64,000 bases of DNA, from the NCBI GenBank assembly GCA_028688375.1, contig JAQTYG010000001.1:99345-163344 (forward strand), in the 5' to 3' direction. How positions within the stretch are numbered: position 1 is the first letter of the stretch; the number at the start of each line of letters is the position of its first letter. The notes under the pieces were generated by a model, which was not told the DNA's origin, ran no database searches, and worked only from the letters and a program-made list of their open reading frames with translations. Shown piece by piece: positions 20,315-30,559 of the stretch. The stretch is from Patescibacteria group bacterium (lineage in GTDB: Bacteria > Patescibacteriota > Patescibacteriia > Magasanikbacterales > GWA2-37-8). The position numbers and the translations under genes were made by a program.

Positions 20315-23260
20315 ATGCCGGAACAAAAACTAAACTCCGCCCAGAAACAAGCCGTGGAATATACCAGCGGCCCGCTTATTATCGTCGCCGGCGCGGGTAC
20401 GGGCAAAACCACGGTCATCACGCAAAAAATAAAATATCTGATTGATAAAAATCTGGCCAAACCGGAAGAAATTTTAGCGCTCACCTTTAACGAAAAAGCG
20501 GCGGCGGAAATGCAGGAACGAGTTGACGCGATGATGGACATCGGTTATTTGGACATGCATATTTCCACTTTTCACGCGTTCGGCCAGCGGCTGTTGGAAC
20601 AGCATGGGCTGGATATCGGCCTGCCCAACCGTTTCAAAACTTTAACGCAGACTGACGCCTGGCTTTTAATCCGTAAACATTTGTCAAAATTCAATCTGGA
20701 CTATTATCGGCCGCTGGGCAATCCCACCCGGCATATTCACGAACTGATTAAACATTTTTCCAAATGTAAAGACGAGTTGATCAGTCCGGAACAATATCTG
20801 GAATACGCGGAAAACATAAAATTGGATAAAGACGAAGTGGAGATTGAAGAAAAAACCCGCTTGGCGGAAATCTCTAACGCCTATCACGCCTACAATCAAT
20901 TGCTTTTAGATAACAACGCCCTGGATTTCGGCGATTTAATTTATTACGCGAATCTCTTGCTGGAAAAAAGGCCAGCCATTCTTAAAAGTTTACAGACAAA
21001 ATTCAAATACATTTTGGTCGACGAGTTCCAGGATGTAAACTGGGCGCAGTATCAATTGGTCAATAAAATCGCCGCCGGCGGGGCGCAATTGACCGCGGTG
21101 GGGGACGACGATCAAAGTATCTACGCTTTTCGCGGGGCCTCGGTATCCAATATCTTGCGCTTTAAGGATGATTGGCCGAAAGCCAAGGAAATCGTGCTAA
21201 CTGAAAACTATCGTTCCGGCCAGGATATTTTAGACAAAGCGTACGAACTGATTCAAAATAATAATCCTGACCGGTTGGAGGTGAAATTAAAAATCGATAA
21301 AAAGTTGGTTTCGGCCAATCAAAAATCTAAAATCATAAATCAGAAATCCGTTATTCATTCCCATCACAACACACTCGATGAAGAAGTAAAATTCGTGGTG
21401 GAAGAAATCGCTAAAATTAAAAAACAAAACAAGGACGCCGTTTGGGACGACTTCGCTATATTGGTCCGAGCGAACAGTCACGCCGAGCCGTTTATCAACG
21501 CGCTGGAAAAGAGCGGTATCCCTTATGAATTTTTAGCCGCCGCCGGATTATTTCGCCAACCGGTAATTTTGGATTGCGTCAATTTTTTAAATGCCATTAA
21601 CAATTATCATGAGTCGGCGGGAATTTATCGCTTGCTCCGCATGCCAATTTTTAATTTCACGGAAAATGACATGCAAAAATTGACCTACTTTGCCGGTAAA
21701 AAAAGTATTTCCTACTATGAGGCGTTGAAACGCGCCGGAGAAATAAAACTATCCAAAGAAGGCGCCGTCATCGCCGATAAATTAATCGCGTTGATACATG
21801 AAGGTATGAGGGCGGCTAAAAAAGAAAAGCCGACCGCGGTATTATATAATTTTTTTACCGCCAGTGGTTATCTAAAATTTTTAGCCGTTGGTGAAGACCG
21901 GGGAGACAGCTCGGTCATTCGCCAAATTTATCAACTCAATCAATTCTTGGAATACGTTGCTAACTACGAATCCATTACGCCCGGCGCGTCGGTGGCTGAT
22001 TGGCTGGAACATTTTAAACAAGTAGTTGATTCCGGCGATCAGGGAATAATGAAGCAACCGAAAGACACGCCCGATTCGGTCAATATCATGACCGTACATA
22101 CCGCTAAAGGTTTGGAATACAGTTATGTTTTCATGGTTAACTTGGTGGAAGAAAGATTCCCGACGAAAAAAAGAAGCGATGGTATTGCTATTCCGGAAAA
22201 GTTGGTGAAAGAACAATTGCCGGAAGGGGATAGCCACACGGAAGAAGAACGCCGTTTATTTTACGTCGCTATGACCCGGGCTAAAGATTCGCTGTATTTA
22301 ACCAGTGCCGATGACTACGGCGGAGCGCGCGAGAAAAAAATCAGCCGTTTTTTAAACGAAATTAATTTTGCCAAAATAGAATCTGAAAACAAAAAAACCT
22401 CCGGTTTGGAAAAAATAAAACCGGCGGTGGCGGCCGCGCCGACGGGAGAATTTGTTTACGAACTGCCAAAAGCGTTTTCTTTTTCGCAAATTCAAAAATA
22501 CGAAAAATGTCCCTACCAATATAAATTGGCTCATGTTTTAAAATTGCCGACCCAGGGCAGCCCGAGTTTCAGTTTTGGCTCCACCATACATAATACCTTG
22601 CAAACTTTTTATCAACGGCTTCAGGAAGTAAACGGCGCTACGCAAAATTCTCTTTTTTCCGGACCGGCGGCAGTGGAGAAAAAACAAAACATTGTCGCGC
22701 CGGCGCTCGACGAACTCTTAAAAATTTATGATGCCAGCTGGATCTCCGACTGGTACTTGAGCCAAAAACAGCGCGAAGAGTATTACGACAAAGGCAAAGA
22801 AGTTTTGCATAAATTTTACAAAACCAATACCGGCCAATGGACCATCCCCGCGGCGCTGGAAACCGGCTTTACCATTAAAATCGGCGAACATCTGGTTAAG
22901 GGGCGCATCGATCGTATTGATCAACTCGCCGACGGCACGTGGGAAATTATTGACTATAAAACCGGCCAGGGAAAAGATAAAATCGCCGGCGAAGACAAGG
23001 AGCAACTGTTGATTTATCAAATCGCCTTACAGCAATTGCCGGAATTCGCCACCGCCGGCCGGCCGGGACGCCTTACTTATTATTATTTAAATGAAGGGAA
23101 TAAAATATCCTTTTTGGGGACGGCCAAAGATACCGCCAAACTGGAAGAAAACATAGCCGAAATAATTACCCGTATTAAATCGTCAAATTTCACCGCTACA
23201 CCGGAAAAATTTACCTGTGGTCATTGTGATTGGCGGGATATTTGTGATTATCGCGCCTAG
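20315..23260 (+). CDS. UvrD/PcrA-type SF1 helicase fused to a C-terminal PD-(D/E)XK nuclease with 4-Cys Fe-S motif
   Basis: AGAGTGKT, DEFQD, GDDDQSIYAFRGA, TVHTAKGLE, EERRLFYVAMTRA; GRIDRID..IIDYKTG; KCP...CGHCDWRDIC. Confidence 0.9.
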   Translation: MPEQKLNSAQKQAVEYTSGPLIIVAGAGTGKTTVITQKIKYLIDKNLAKPEEILALTFNEKAAAEMQERVDAMMDIGYLDMHISTFHAFGQRLLEQHGLDIGLPNRFKTLTQTDAWLLIRKHLSKFNLDYYRPLGNPTRHIHELIKHFSKCKDELISPEQYLEYAENIKLDKDEVEIEEKTRLAEISNAYHAYNQLLLDNNALDFGDLIYYANLLLEKRPAILKSLQTKFKYILVDEFQDVNWAQYQLVNKIAAGGAQLTAVGDDDQSIYAFRGASVSNILRFKDDWPKAKEIVLTENYRSGQDILDKAYELIQNNNPDRLEVKLKIDKKLVSANQKSKIINQKSVIHSHHNTLDEEVKFVVEEIAKIKKQNKDAVWDDFAILVRANSHAEPFINALEKSGIPYEFLAAAGLFRQPVILDCVNFLNAINNYHESAGIYRLLRMPIFNFTENDMQKLTYFAGKKSISYYEALKRAGEIKLSKEGAVIADKLIALIHEGMRAAKKEKPTAVLYNFFTASGYLKFLAVGEDRGDSSVIRQIYQLNQFLEYVANYESITPGASVADWLEHFKQVVDSGDQGIMKQPKDTPDSVNIMTVHTAKGLEYSYVFMVNLVEERFPTKKRSDGIAIPEKLVKEQLPEGDSHTEEERRLFYVAMTRAKDSLYLTSADDYGGAREKKISRFLNEINFAKIESENKKTSGLEKIKPAVAAAPTGEFVYELPKAFSFSQIQKYEKCPYQYKLAHVLKLPTQGSPSFSFGSTIHNTLQTFYQRLQEVNGATQNSLFSGPAAVEKKQNIVAPALDELLKIYDASWISDWYLSQKQREEYYDKGKEVLHKFYKTNTGQWTIPAALETGFTIKIGEHLVKGRIDRIDQLADGTWEIIDYKTGQGKDKIAGEDKEQLLIYQIALQQLPEFATAGRPGRLTYYYLNEGNKISFLGTAKDTAKLEENIAEIITRIKSSNFTATPEKFTCGHCDWRDICDYRA
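21316..21350 (+). repeat. In-frame heptamer array (AAATCNN x5) inside the helicase gene
   Basis: caatcaa-aaatcta-aaatcat-aaatcag-aaatccg encoding NQKSKIINQKS. Confidence 0.65.
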
Positions 23261-23269
23261 GTTATACTT

Positions 23270-23569
23270 ATGCCGAATCTAAAATCAATTTTCTCCATTC
23301 TTAACCAGAAAAAAATAGAATCGCCGGTCATGCGAGGCGCCATGGCCGCCATGACTGTGGAAGGAGCCAACCGAATTTTAACGGAACTTTTCGGCGCGGA
23401 AATTGAACGCTACGCTCAAGCAGTGTTCATCAAAAATGGCGTTCTTACCATGGAGTGCAAGGGTTCGGCCGCGGCCAGCGAAATAAAATTAAATGAAAAG
23501 AAAATTTTGGCTAAAATAAGAGAAGAATTTGGCCAAAATTCCATCGATAAAATCCGCTATCGCGCCTAG
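23270..23569 (+). CDS. DUF721/DciA-like protein
   Basis: 99 aa; A..IKNGVL.....SAAASEI.L....IL..I pattern of DUF721. Confidence 0.65.
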   Translation: MPNLKSIFSILNQKKIESPVMRGAMAAMTVEGANRILTELFGAEIERYAQAVFIKNGVLTMECKGSAAASEIKLNEKKILAKIREEFGQNSIDKIRYRA

Positions 23570-23621
23570 AGGTTCCGTCTTGCCAAAACAGGCCAAACCT
23601 GATAAATTACCCACTACGCCT

Positions 23622-24023
23622 ATGACTTTGCGCCAGTATCTAATCATCATGTCAATTGCCACCGCCGTTTGTTGGGCGGTCTGGGCTTCGGTCGTCTTTT
23701 TCTACGACCCGCAGTCGGCTGGTTTTATCGGTTTTTCGCTTTTCTACCTGAGTTTATTTTTAAGCCTGCTCGGCACATTTTCCGTCATCGGTTTCTTTAT
23801 CAGAGCCAAGATGGTTAAGAACGACGAAATTGTTTTTCGTTATATCAAAAAAACTTTTCGTCAGGGAATATTTTTTGCCACTTTTATCTTACTATTACTT
23901 TTTTTACAGCAACACAAACTGCTCACCTGGTGGAACTTTACTTTGCTCTTGCTGTTCTACATATTTTTCGAGAGTTTAATTTTCGCCAACCGTAAATATC
24001 AAAATCGAGATTATGTGGGGTGA
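23622..24023 (+). CDS. Hypothetical 4-TM membrane protein
   Basis: Hydrophobic segments, DP and FRQG motifs; ATG 23622; upstream of mreB. Confidence 0.7.
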   Translation: MTLRQYLIIMSIATAVCWAVWASVVFFYDPQSAGFIGFSLFYLSLFLSLLGTFSVIGFFIRAKMVKNDEIVFRYIKKTFRQGIFFATFILLLLFLQQHKLLTWWNFTLLLLFYIFFESLIFANRKYQNRDYVG

Positions 24024-25065
24024 TATTTTAAACAGATTCAGAAAAGATTTGGGTATTGACCTGGGAACGGCCAATACTTTGGTTTATGTGAAGGGCAAAG
24101 GGATAGTGATCAATGAGCCGAGCGTGGTTTCAGTCAATACTAGAACCGAACAAATTTTGGCGGTTGGCAATGAGGCCAAAGAGATGCTGGGCAAAACTCC
24201 GCCTCATATTATTACCACCCGGCCACTAACCAATGGCATTATATCCGATTTCGAAGTGACCGAAAAAATGCTGACGCATTTTATGGATAAGGTGCACGAG
24301 GGTTCGTTGAGTTTCATGTCCCGTCCCCGCGTAGTGGTGGGCGCGCCGCTTGACCTAACCGAAGTGGAACGCAAAGCGGTGAGCGACGCCATGCTCAGCG
24401 CCGGGGCCAGCCGAGTTTGGATCGTGGAGGAGCCGATGGCCGCGGCCATCGGTTCACGCATGCCGATTCACGAACCGGTCGGCAACTTCATCGTGGATAT
24501 CGGCGGCGGCACCACGGAAATTGCCGTCATCTCTTTGAGTGGCGTGGTTAAGTGGCGCTCGATCAAAATCGCCGGGGATGAATTGAATCACAACATCACG
24601 CAATACGCCCGCGAAGTATTTAATCTTTTGGTCGGCGAAAGACAAGCCGAAGAAATAAAAATTAAAATCGGTTCAGCGGTGGAAATGCCGGAAAAAATGG
24701 TTTTTCCGATGCGCGGCCGCGACATGGTTACCGGCCTGCCGAAAGAAGTGATGATTAGCGACGCCGAAGTCCGCGAGGCCATCTCGCGTTCTTTACGCGC
24801 CATGGTGGACAACATTAAAGGCACCTTGGAAGTTACCCCGCCGGAACTGATCGCCGATATCCACGAACGCGGGATATTGTTGACCGGTGGCGGCGCGCTG
24901 TTGCGCGGTATCGACCAATTAATCGAACGAGCCACGGAAATCCCGGTCCGCATTGCCGACGATCCGTTAACCGCCGTGGTGCGCGGGACTTCGCTCCTGC
25001 TGGATAACATGCCGTTGTTGGAAGAGGTGGCGGTCTATCCGCCGCGGCCGGAAAGAAAAAATTAA
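24013..25065 (+). CDS. mreB: Rod shape-determining protein MreB
   Basis: GIDLGTANT, NEPSVV, EEPMAAAIG, VDIGGGTTE, LTGGGALL. Confidence 0.97.
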   Translation: MWGDILNRFRKDLGIDLGTANTLVYVKGKGIVINEPSVVSVNTRTEQILAVGNEAKEMLGKTPPHIITTRPLTNGIISDFEVTEKMLTHFMDKVHEGSLSFMSRPRVVVGAPLDLTEVERKAVSDAMLSAGASRVWIVEEPMAAAIGSRMPIHEPVGNFIVDIGGGTTEIAVISLSGVVKWRSIKIAGDELNHNITQYAREVFNLLVGERQAEEIKIKIGSAVEMPEKMVFPMRGRDMVTGLPKEVMISDAEVREAISRSLRAMVDNIKGTLEVTPPELIADIHERGILLTGGGALLRGIDQLIERATEIPVRIADDPLTAVVRGTSLLLDNMPLLEEVAVYPPRPERKN

Positions 25066-25084
25066 ATCGGGTAAGTTTTTGCCT

Positions 25085-25888
25085 ATGATTAAACTGGGCG
25101 CTGCCAAAACCTACTTTGTGGCGGGAGCAATATTAATATTGCTTATTTTTTTTAATTATCTGGGTTGGCTGGGCGCCTTAGGCGCGTCCGTCCGCCATTT
25201 TTTTATTCCGATTTTTTCCAAAACTTCGGAGATCAGCATCGGCGTGGGAGACAGCTATGAATTTTTTAAAAACCGGGAAGCGTTTTTTGAATCATATGAA
25301 CAATGCCGCGCGGATCAACAAAATAACACCATCGATGAGGCGCAGAAAAAAATCTTAACAGACGAAAACGCGCAATTAAAAGAACTGCTCGGTTTCAAAG
25401 AAAAAAATAACACCGCTTTCGTGGTGGCTCGAGTGGTCGGTAAAAACATCGCCAGCGCCGAACAAACAATTATTATTGACCGTGGCATGGAGGAGGGGAT
25501 TAAACCGGATCAGCCGGTCATCGTCGGCAAAGGAATTTTAATAGGCAAGGTGGTAAAAGTGGAAGAAGGTTTGGCGATAGTCCGCTTAATTAACGACAAT
25601 CAATCAAAAATCGCCGCCACCACCCTCAATACCGACCACAGTTTGGGCGTCGTGGAAGGCGGTTATGGCCTAAGCGTCAAAATGAATTTTATCCCGCGCA
25701 ACGAAACCATTCTGGTCGGAGACCAAATCATTACTTCGGGGCTGGAAGCCAATATGCCACGCGGTCTCTTGATCGGCTCCGTTACGGCCGTAGAAAATGA
25801 AACTTATCAGCCTTTTCAAGAGGCGGTGCTGACACCGGGCACGGAACTGGCTAAAATTTATTTGGTCGGCGTGATCTTGACCCCTTAA
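25085..25888 (+). CDS. mreC: Rod shape-determining protein MreC
   Basis: TM, EN..LKELL, IIIDRG...GI, GDQIITSG, PRGLLIG. Confidence 0.92.
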   Translation: MIKLGAAKTYFVAGAILILLIFFNYLGWLGALGASVRHFFIPIFSKTSEISIGVGDSYEFFKNREAFFESYEQCRADQQNNTIDEAQKKILTDENAQLKELLGFKEKNNTAFVVARVVGKNIASAEQTIIIDRGMEEGIKPDQPVIVGKGILIGKVVKVEEGLAIVRLINDNQSKIAATTLNTDHSLGVVEGGYGLSVKMNFIPRNETILVGDQIITSGLEANMPRGLLIGSVTAVENETYQPFQEAVLTPGTELAKIYLVGVILTP

Positions 25889-25891
25889 ACT

Positions 25892-26431
25892 ATGCGAATC
25901 TTCTGGGGAGCGCTTATAAAAATATTCGCGGTAGTCGCGGTTTTTACTTTAAACATCTTCGCGATGAATGTTTTGCCTTTTCCGTTCAACCGCCTCAACA
26001 TTATTTTTACCGGGGTGTTTTTATTTTTGCTTTTCGGCAAAAATAATCGCGCTTTTTGGTTTATCGCGCCACTGGCGCTATTAGCTGAATTTTTTTCCTC
26101 CATGCCTTTCGGGGCCAATGCCGCCGCTATTATCGCCGGCATGGTCGTGATCGAATGGACTCTGCTCAATCTGCTAACCACGCGGACACTGCTAACCTGC
26201 GGGGCGGCGTTTTTAATCGGCTTCGTCGTTTATCGCCTCACTTTTATCGCGGCCTTAATTTTCTTCCAATTGCTCGGCTTGTCCGATAAAATCGCGCTAA
26301 CAAAAATATTTTTTGCCAATATCGGGACGGAGCTGGCCGTTAATATCATCTTCGTCTTATTGCTTTACCCGATTATTTCCTTTTTTGTACAACGGCCGAA
26401 TCCGCGCTATTTAACCGGCCGTGCCATATGA
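25892..26431 (+). CDS. mreD: MreD-like membrane protein
   Basis: Multi-TM protein between mreC and mrdA (mostly positional call). Confidence 0.65.
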   Translation: MRIFWGALIKIFAVVAVFTLNIFAMNVLPFPFNRLNIIFTGVFLFLLFGKNNRAFWFIAPLALLAEFFSSMPFGANAAAIIAGMVVIEWTLLNLLTTRTLLTCGAAFLIGFVVYRLTFIAALIFFQLLGLSDKIALTKIFFANIGTELAVNIIFVLLLYPIISFFVQRPNPRYLTGRAI

Positions 26432-28410
26432 AAAACGATGACATTTTTAATCCTCCGCTGGATCAGCACCGCCAACACGGCAGTCTGGCCGGTAAATACA
26501 AGCGCGATTGGGTGGAAGAAAATTTTGAATATTTTGCCACCAATGGAAAAATAATTCATATCCCGACCACGCGCAACTTTCTCGGCGCGACTATTTCCGG
26601 CCGTAAATTAAAAATATTTTTATTAATAGTCGCCTGCGCCGTCGCGGTAATATTCGGCCGAGTTTTTTATTTGCAAATTATCAAAGGCGACTATTATCGC
26701 GGGCTGGCGGAAAATAATCGCATCCGCCTCAAACCGACACCCGCCGAACGGGGCCTGATTTATGACCGCAACGGTGAGAGCCTGGTACAAAACGTGCCGA
26801 GTTTTTTACTTTCCATTGTACCGCAGGACTTGCCTAAAAACGCCGAGGAGAGAAAAGCCATTATCGCGCAAATCGCTCTGGTCAGCGGCGTGCCGGCGAA
26901 AGACATTACGGAATTAATTAAAAAATACAGCGACTACAGCTATGAATCATTGGTAGTGAAAGATAATTTGGATTACCAGTCGGCGCTAGAACTTTATGTG
27001 CAAAACGCCAACCTGCCCGGTATTTTAATTGAAAAAGGAACTCAGCGTCTCTACCGCCTCACCGGATTTAAACAAACGGGACCGGTGGCCAGTTTATCTC
27101 ACGTGATCGGCTACTTGGGAAAAATTAACGAGACCGAACTGGCGAATCGCCGCAGCAGCGGTTATTTGGCATCGGATCATTTAGGAAAAACCGGTTTGGA
27201 AAAATTCTATGAGACTGAGTTGCGCGGAATTTACGGCAAGAAAAAAATCGAGGTGGACGCGCTGGGGCGGGAACAAAATGTGCTGGCCGAAGAAGCGCCG
27301 CAACCGGGGAAAAATTTGATATTAAGTTTGGATCTGGAAGGGCAGGAAAAAATGGAAACTTTAATAAAAAGAACTTTAGCCGTTACCAAAACTAAAAAGG
27401 CGGCCGCGATCGCCATGAACCCGCAAACCGGAGAAATTTTAGCGTTAGTTAGTTGGCCGAGCTTTGATAACAATAATTTTTCTTCGGGAATTTCTCAAGA
27501 AAATTATCAAAAATACGTCAACGATCCGGACCAACCTCTTTTTAACCGAGTGATCGCCGGCACTTATCCTTCCGGCTCGACCGTTAAACCGCTTTATGTG
27601 GCCGCCGCTTTACAAGAGGGAATTGTTACTAAAAATACGTCATTTTTAAGCACCGGCGGTTTAAGAGTGGACCAGTGGTTTTTCCCGGACTGGAAAGCCG
27701 GCGGACACGGCGTCACCAACGCCGCCAAAGCTCTGGCCTGGTCGGTTAATACCTACTTTTATTATATCGGCGGCGGTTATGGAAATTTTGTCGGCCTGGG
27801 CGTGGAAAAAATGGTGAATTATTTAAAAAAATTCGGCTTGGCCGCGCCCACCGGTATTGATTTGCCGGGGGAAGAAAGCGGATTTTTGCCAAGCAAAAAA
27901 TGGAAGGAAGAAACAAAAAAAGAAATGTGGTATGTCGGCGACACTTATAACTTATCGATCGGGCAAGGCGACCTCCTGGTTACGCCGTTGCAGGTGGCCG
28001 TGTGGACTTCAACCGTGGCGAACGGCGGTTCGGTGGTCAAACCGCATTTGGTAAAAGCTATCACCGACCCCATTACTAAAAAATCGACTCCGATTAAAAC
28101 CGAATATTTAAATGAGAATGTTGTTTCCGCCGCGAACATGGACGTGGCTCAACAAGGGATGCGGGAATGCGTGATTTACGGCAGTTGTCAGCTGCTTAAA
28201 TCCTTACCTTTTACCTCCGGCGGAAAAACCGGCACGGCGCAATGGAGTACGACCAAACCCGAACACGCTTGGTTTACGGCTTTCGCGCCTTTTAATCAAC
28301 CGGAAATCGTTGTGACCGTGCTGATCGAAGGCGGCGGTGAGGGCAGTATTGTGGCCATGCCCATCGCCCGGGACTGGCTGGCCTGGTGGGGACAAAAATA
28401 CTTGAAATAA
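26428..28410 (+). CDS. mrdA: Penicillin-binding protein 2
   Basis: RGLIYDRNG, GKTGLEK, YPSGSTVK (SxxK), SVN, KTGTAQ. Confidence 0.93.
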   Translation: MKNDDIFNPPLDQHRQHGSLAGKYKRDWVEENFEYFATNGKIIHIPTTRNFLGATISGRKLKIFLLIVACAVAVIFGRVFYLQIIKGDYYRGLAENNRIRLKPTPAERGLIYDRNGESLVQNVPSFLLSIVPQDLPKNAEERKAIIAQIALVSGVPAKDITELIKKYSDYSYESLVVKDNLDYQSALELYVQNANLPGILIEKGTQRLYRLTGFKQTGPVASLSHVIGYLGKINETELANRRSSGYLASDHLGKTGLEKFYETELRGIYGKKKIEVDALGREQNVLAEEAPQPGKNLILSLDLEGQEKMETLIKRTLAVTKTKKAAAIAMNPQTGEILALVSWPSFDNNNFSSGISQENYQKYVNDPDQPLFNRVIAGTYPSGSTVKPLYVAAALQEGIVTKNTSFLSTGGLRVDQWFFPDWKAGGHGVTNAAKALAWSVNTYFYYIGGGYGNFVGLGVEKMVNYLKKFGLAAPTGIDLPGEESGFLPSKKWKEETKKEMWYVGDTYNLSIGQGDLLVTPLQVAVWTSTVANGGSVVKPHLVKAITDPITKKSTPIKTEYLNENVVSAANMDVAQQGMRECVIYGSCQLLKSLPFTSGGKTGTAQWSTTKPEHAWFTAFAPFNQPEIVVTVLIEGGGEGSIVAMPIARDWLAWWGQKYLK

Positions 28411-28464
28411 AATTCAATGGTTTGTATAATAACCAAGTCATGCCCCGCAAAAATTCGCGGGGCA
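28402..28464 (+). promoter_or_regulatory. greA promoter and leader hairpin
   Basis: TTGAAA(28402-07)-N17-TATAAT(28425-30), then TGCCCCGC-N8-GCGGGGCA (28441-64). Confidence 0.6.
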
Positions 28465-28499
28465 AAATAATTAAATTTTTAAATTCATCATCTATCATT

Positions 28500-28970
28500 A
28501 TGACCGACAAAACACAGTACATCACTCAGGGGAGTTTGGACGATCTAAGAACAGAACTTGATTTATTAAAAAATAAAAAAATTCCCGAAATCGCCAATCG
28601 CATTGACGAAGCCAAACAGCAGGGCGACCTTTCGGAAAACGCCGAATACCACCAAGCCAAAGAAGATATGGCTTGGGCGCAAGGCCGTTTGTTGGAGCTG
28701 GAACAACTCTTAAGCAACGTGCAAATAATCGAAGAAAGAACCAGCAAAAACGGCGAAGCGGTCATGGTGGGCCAGACCGTCACGGTGGAAGTTAATGGAG
28801 CGAAAAAAGAATATACGATCGTCGGCCCGCAAGAAGCCGATCCGTTCAGCGGCAAAATTTCCAATGAATCACCTCTGGGCGAAGCCTTTATCGGCCGAAC
28901 GGCGGGGGAGAGCGTGGCGGTGGACACTCCGGCGGGAAAGCAGGTATATAAAATACTAAAAATCACTTAA
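28500..28970 (+). CDS. greA: Transcription elongation factor GreA
   Basis: GDLSENAEYH, EADP..GKISNESPLG; ATG 28500. Confidence 0.96.
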   Translation: MTDKTQYITQGSLDDLRTELDLLKNKKIPEIANRIDEAKQQGDLSENAEYHQAKEDMAWAQGRLLELEQLLSNVQIIEERTSKNGEAVMVGQTVTVEVNGAKKEYTIVGPQEADPFSGKISNESPLGEAFIGRTAGESVAVDTPAGKQVYKILKIT

Positions 28971-28984
28971 TTTGTCGCTAAACG

Positions 28985-29015
28985 CTCCTCGGGATAAAAG
29001 CCCGGGGAGTTTTTT
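28985..29015 (+). terminator. Terminator after greA
   Basis: CTCCTCGGG-ataaaag-CCCGGGGAG plus T run. Confidence 0.7.
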
Positions 29016-29067
29016 GACTGAAACGCGCGCTTACGGTATAATATTACGGTATTTATTCCGTTAAATA

Positions 29068-30555
29068 ATGCCAATTTCTGATACAAATATGACCGAAGAT
29101 ATACTTAATGAGGAGCAAACGCGGGCCAATCGTCTGCAAGCGATACGCGATGCCGGAATTGACCCGTATCCGGCGCGTTGCGAACACAAACAAACACTGG
29201 CTGAAGCTAAAAGCGCGGCCGAAGGCGCCAAAGTTACTGTCGCCGGCCGATTAGTTTCCCAGCGCGAGATGGGAAAGCTTTGTTTTAGTCATCTCCAAGA
29301 TTTTTCCGGCCGTCTGCAAATTGCTGTTTCGGAAAAAGAACTGGGCAAGGACGCTTACAAATTTTTTACCAAAAATATTGATTTGGGCGATTTTCTGTCG
29401 GTTGAGGGCGAAATGTTCGTGACCCATAAAGGCGAAACTTCTATTTTGGCCAAAAAATATACTTTAATTGCCAAGTCGCTTCTACCACTGCCGGAAAAAT
29501 TCCACGGCTTATCCAACGTGGAAGTGCGCTATCGCCAGCGTTATCTGGACTTGCTGGCCAACGAAGAGGCGATGAATATCGCTAAAATGCGCAGTGTGTT
29601 GGTGCGAGAAATACGGAAATATTTTGACGGCCGCGATTTCTACGAAGTAGAGACACCGGTTTTACAATCATTATACGGCGGGGCTAATGCCAAACCTTTT
29701 ATCACTCATCATAACGCTTTAGACATCGATTTATTTTTGCGCGTCGCGCCGGAATTATTTTTAAAACGCCTGATGGTCGGCGGTTTTGAAAAAGTTTACG
29801 AACTGGGAAAATGCTTCCGTAACGAAGGCATTGATAATAATCACAATCCGGAATTTTCACAGGTGGAAGCCTACTGGGCCTATGCCGATTACCACGATAT
29901 GATGGGTTTGATTGAGGACTTGATGCCGAAATTAATTACGGCGGCCGGTTTGCCGTTGAAATTTGAGACGCTGGGCCATGAAGTCGATTTCACCCCGCCG
30001 TATCCGCGCCAGACCATGCGCGAAATTATAAAACAATACGCCAAAATTGATATTGAGGATTATCCCGACCAGCCGTCAATGTATAAGGCGGCGATAAAAT
30101 TGAAGGTGGAAGGAATTGAAAAAAATACCGGCCGGGGAAAATTGATTGATGAAATATATAAGGCGTACGCCCGCCCGAAAATTATTAATCCGATTTTCAT
30201 GACAGACCATCCGATTGAATTGTCGCCCTTGGCCAAACGTAAAACGGACAATCCGAATTATGCGGAGAGATTCCAACTCCTGTGCGTTGGTGGAAATGAA
30301 ATGTGCAATGCCTTTTCCGAGCTAAACGACCCGTTGGACCAGGAAGCCCGCCTCAAAGATCAGGAAGCCCTGCGCAAGCTGGGTGATGAAGAGGGGATGC
30401 GTTATGACGAGGATTTTATTACCGCTCTAAAACATGGCATGCCGCCGACTGCCGGTTTGGGTATGGGTATTGATCGGCTGGTGAAACTTCTAGCCAACGC
30501 CGATAATCTTAAAGAAGTAATTTTGTTTCCGACTCTAAAACCTGAAAACAAGTAA
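29068..30555 (+). CDS. lysS: Lysyl-tRNA synthetase class II
   Basis: RYRQRYLDL, EVETPVLQ, FRNEGID..HNPEF, GMPPTAGLGMGIDRL. Confidence 0.97.
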   Translation: MPISDTNMTEDILNEEQTRANRLQAIRDAGIDPYPARCEHKQTLAEAKSAAEGAKVTVAGRLVSQREMGKLCFSHLQDFSGRLQIAVSEKELGKDAYKFFTKNIDLGDFLSVEGEMFVTHKGETSILAKKYTLIAKSLLPLPEKFHGLSNVEVRYRQRYLDLLANEEAMNIAKMRSVLVREIRKYFDGRDFYEVETPVLQSLYGGANAKPFITHHNALDIDLFLRVAPELFLKRLMVGGFEKVYELGKCFRNEGIDNNHNPEFSQVEAYWAYADYHDMMGLIEDLMPKLITAAGLPLKFETLGHEVDFTPPYPRQTMREIIKQYAKIDIEDYPDQPSMYKAAIKLKVEGIEKNTGRGKLIDEIYKAYARPKIINPIFMTDHPIELSPLAKRKTDNPNYAERFQLLCVGGNEMCNAFSELNDPLDQEARLKDQEALRKLGDEEGMRYDEDFITALKHGMPPTAGLGMGIDRLVKLLANADNLKEVILFPTLKPENK

Positions 30556-30559
30556 ACAT

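Noticed and set aside
19768-20541. 257-aa minus-strand ORF with His/Pro/Ser-rich stretch
   Set aside because: Antisense to three plus-strand genes; the His-rich run is the mirror of the Cys codons of the metallothionein-like ORF
28386-28499. N-terminal extensions given in the ORF track (greA; likewise tatD, rpsM, GT2, uvrD)
   Set aside because: The extensions overlap upstream genes or promoters; downstream ATGs match the family N-termini
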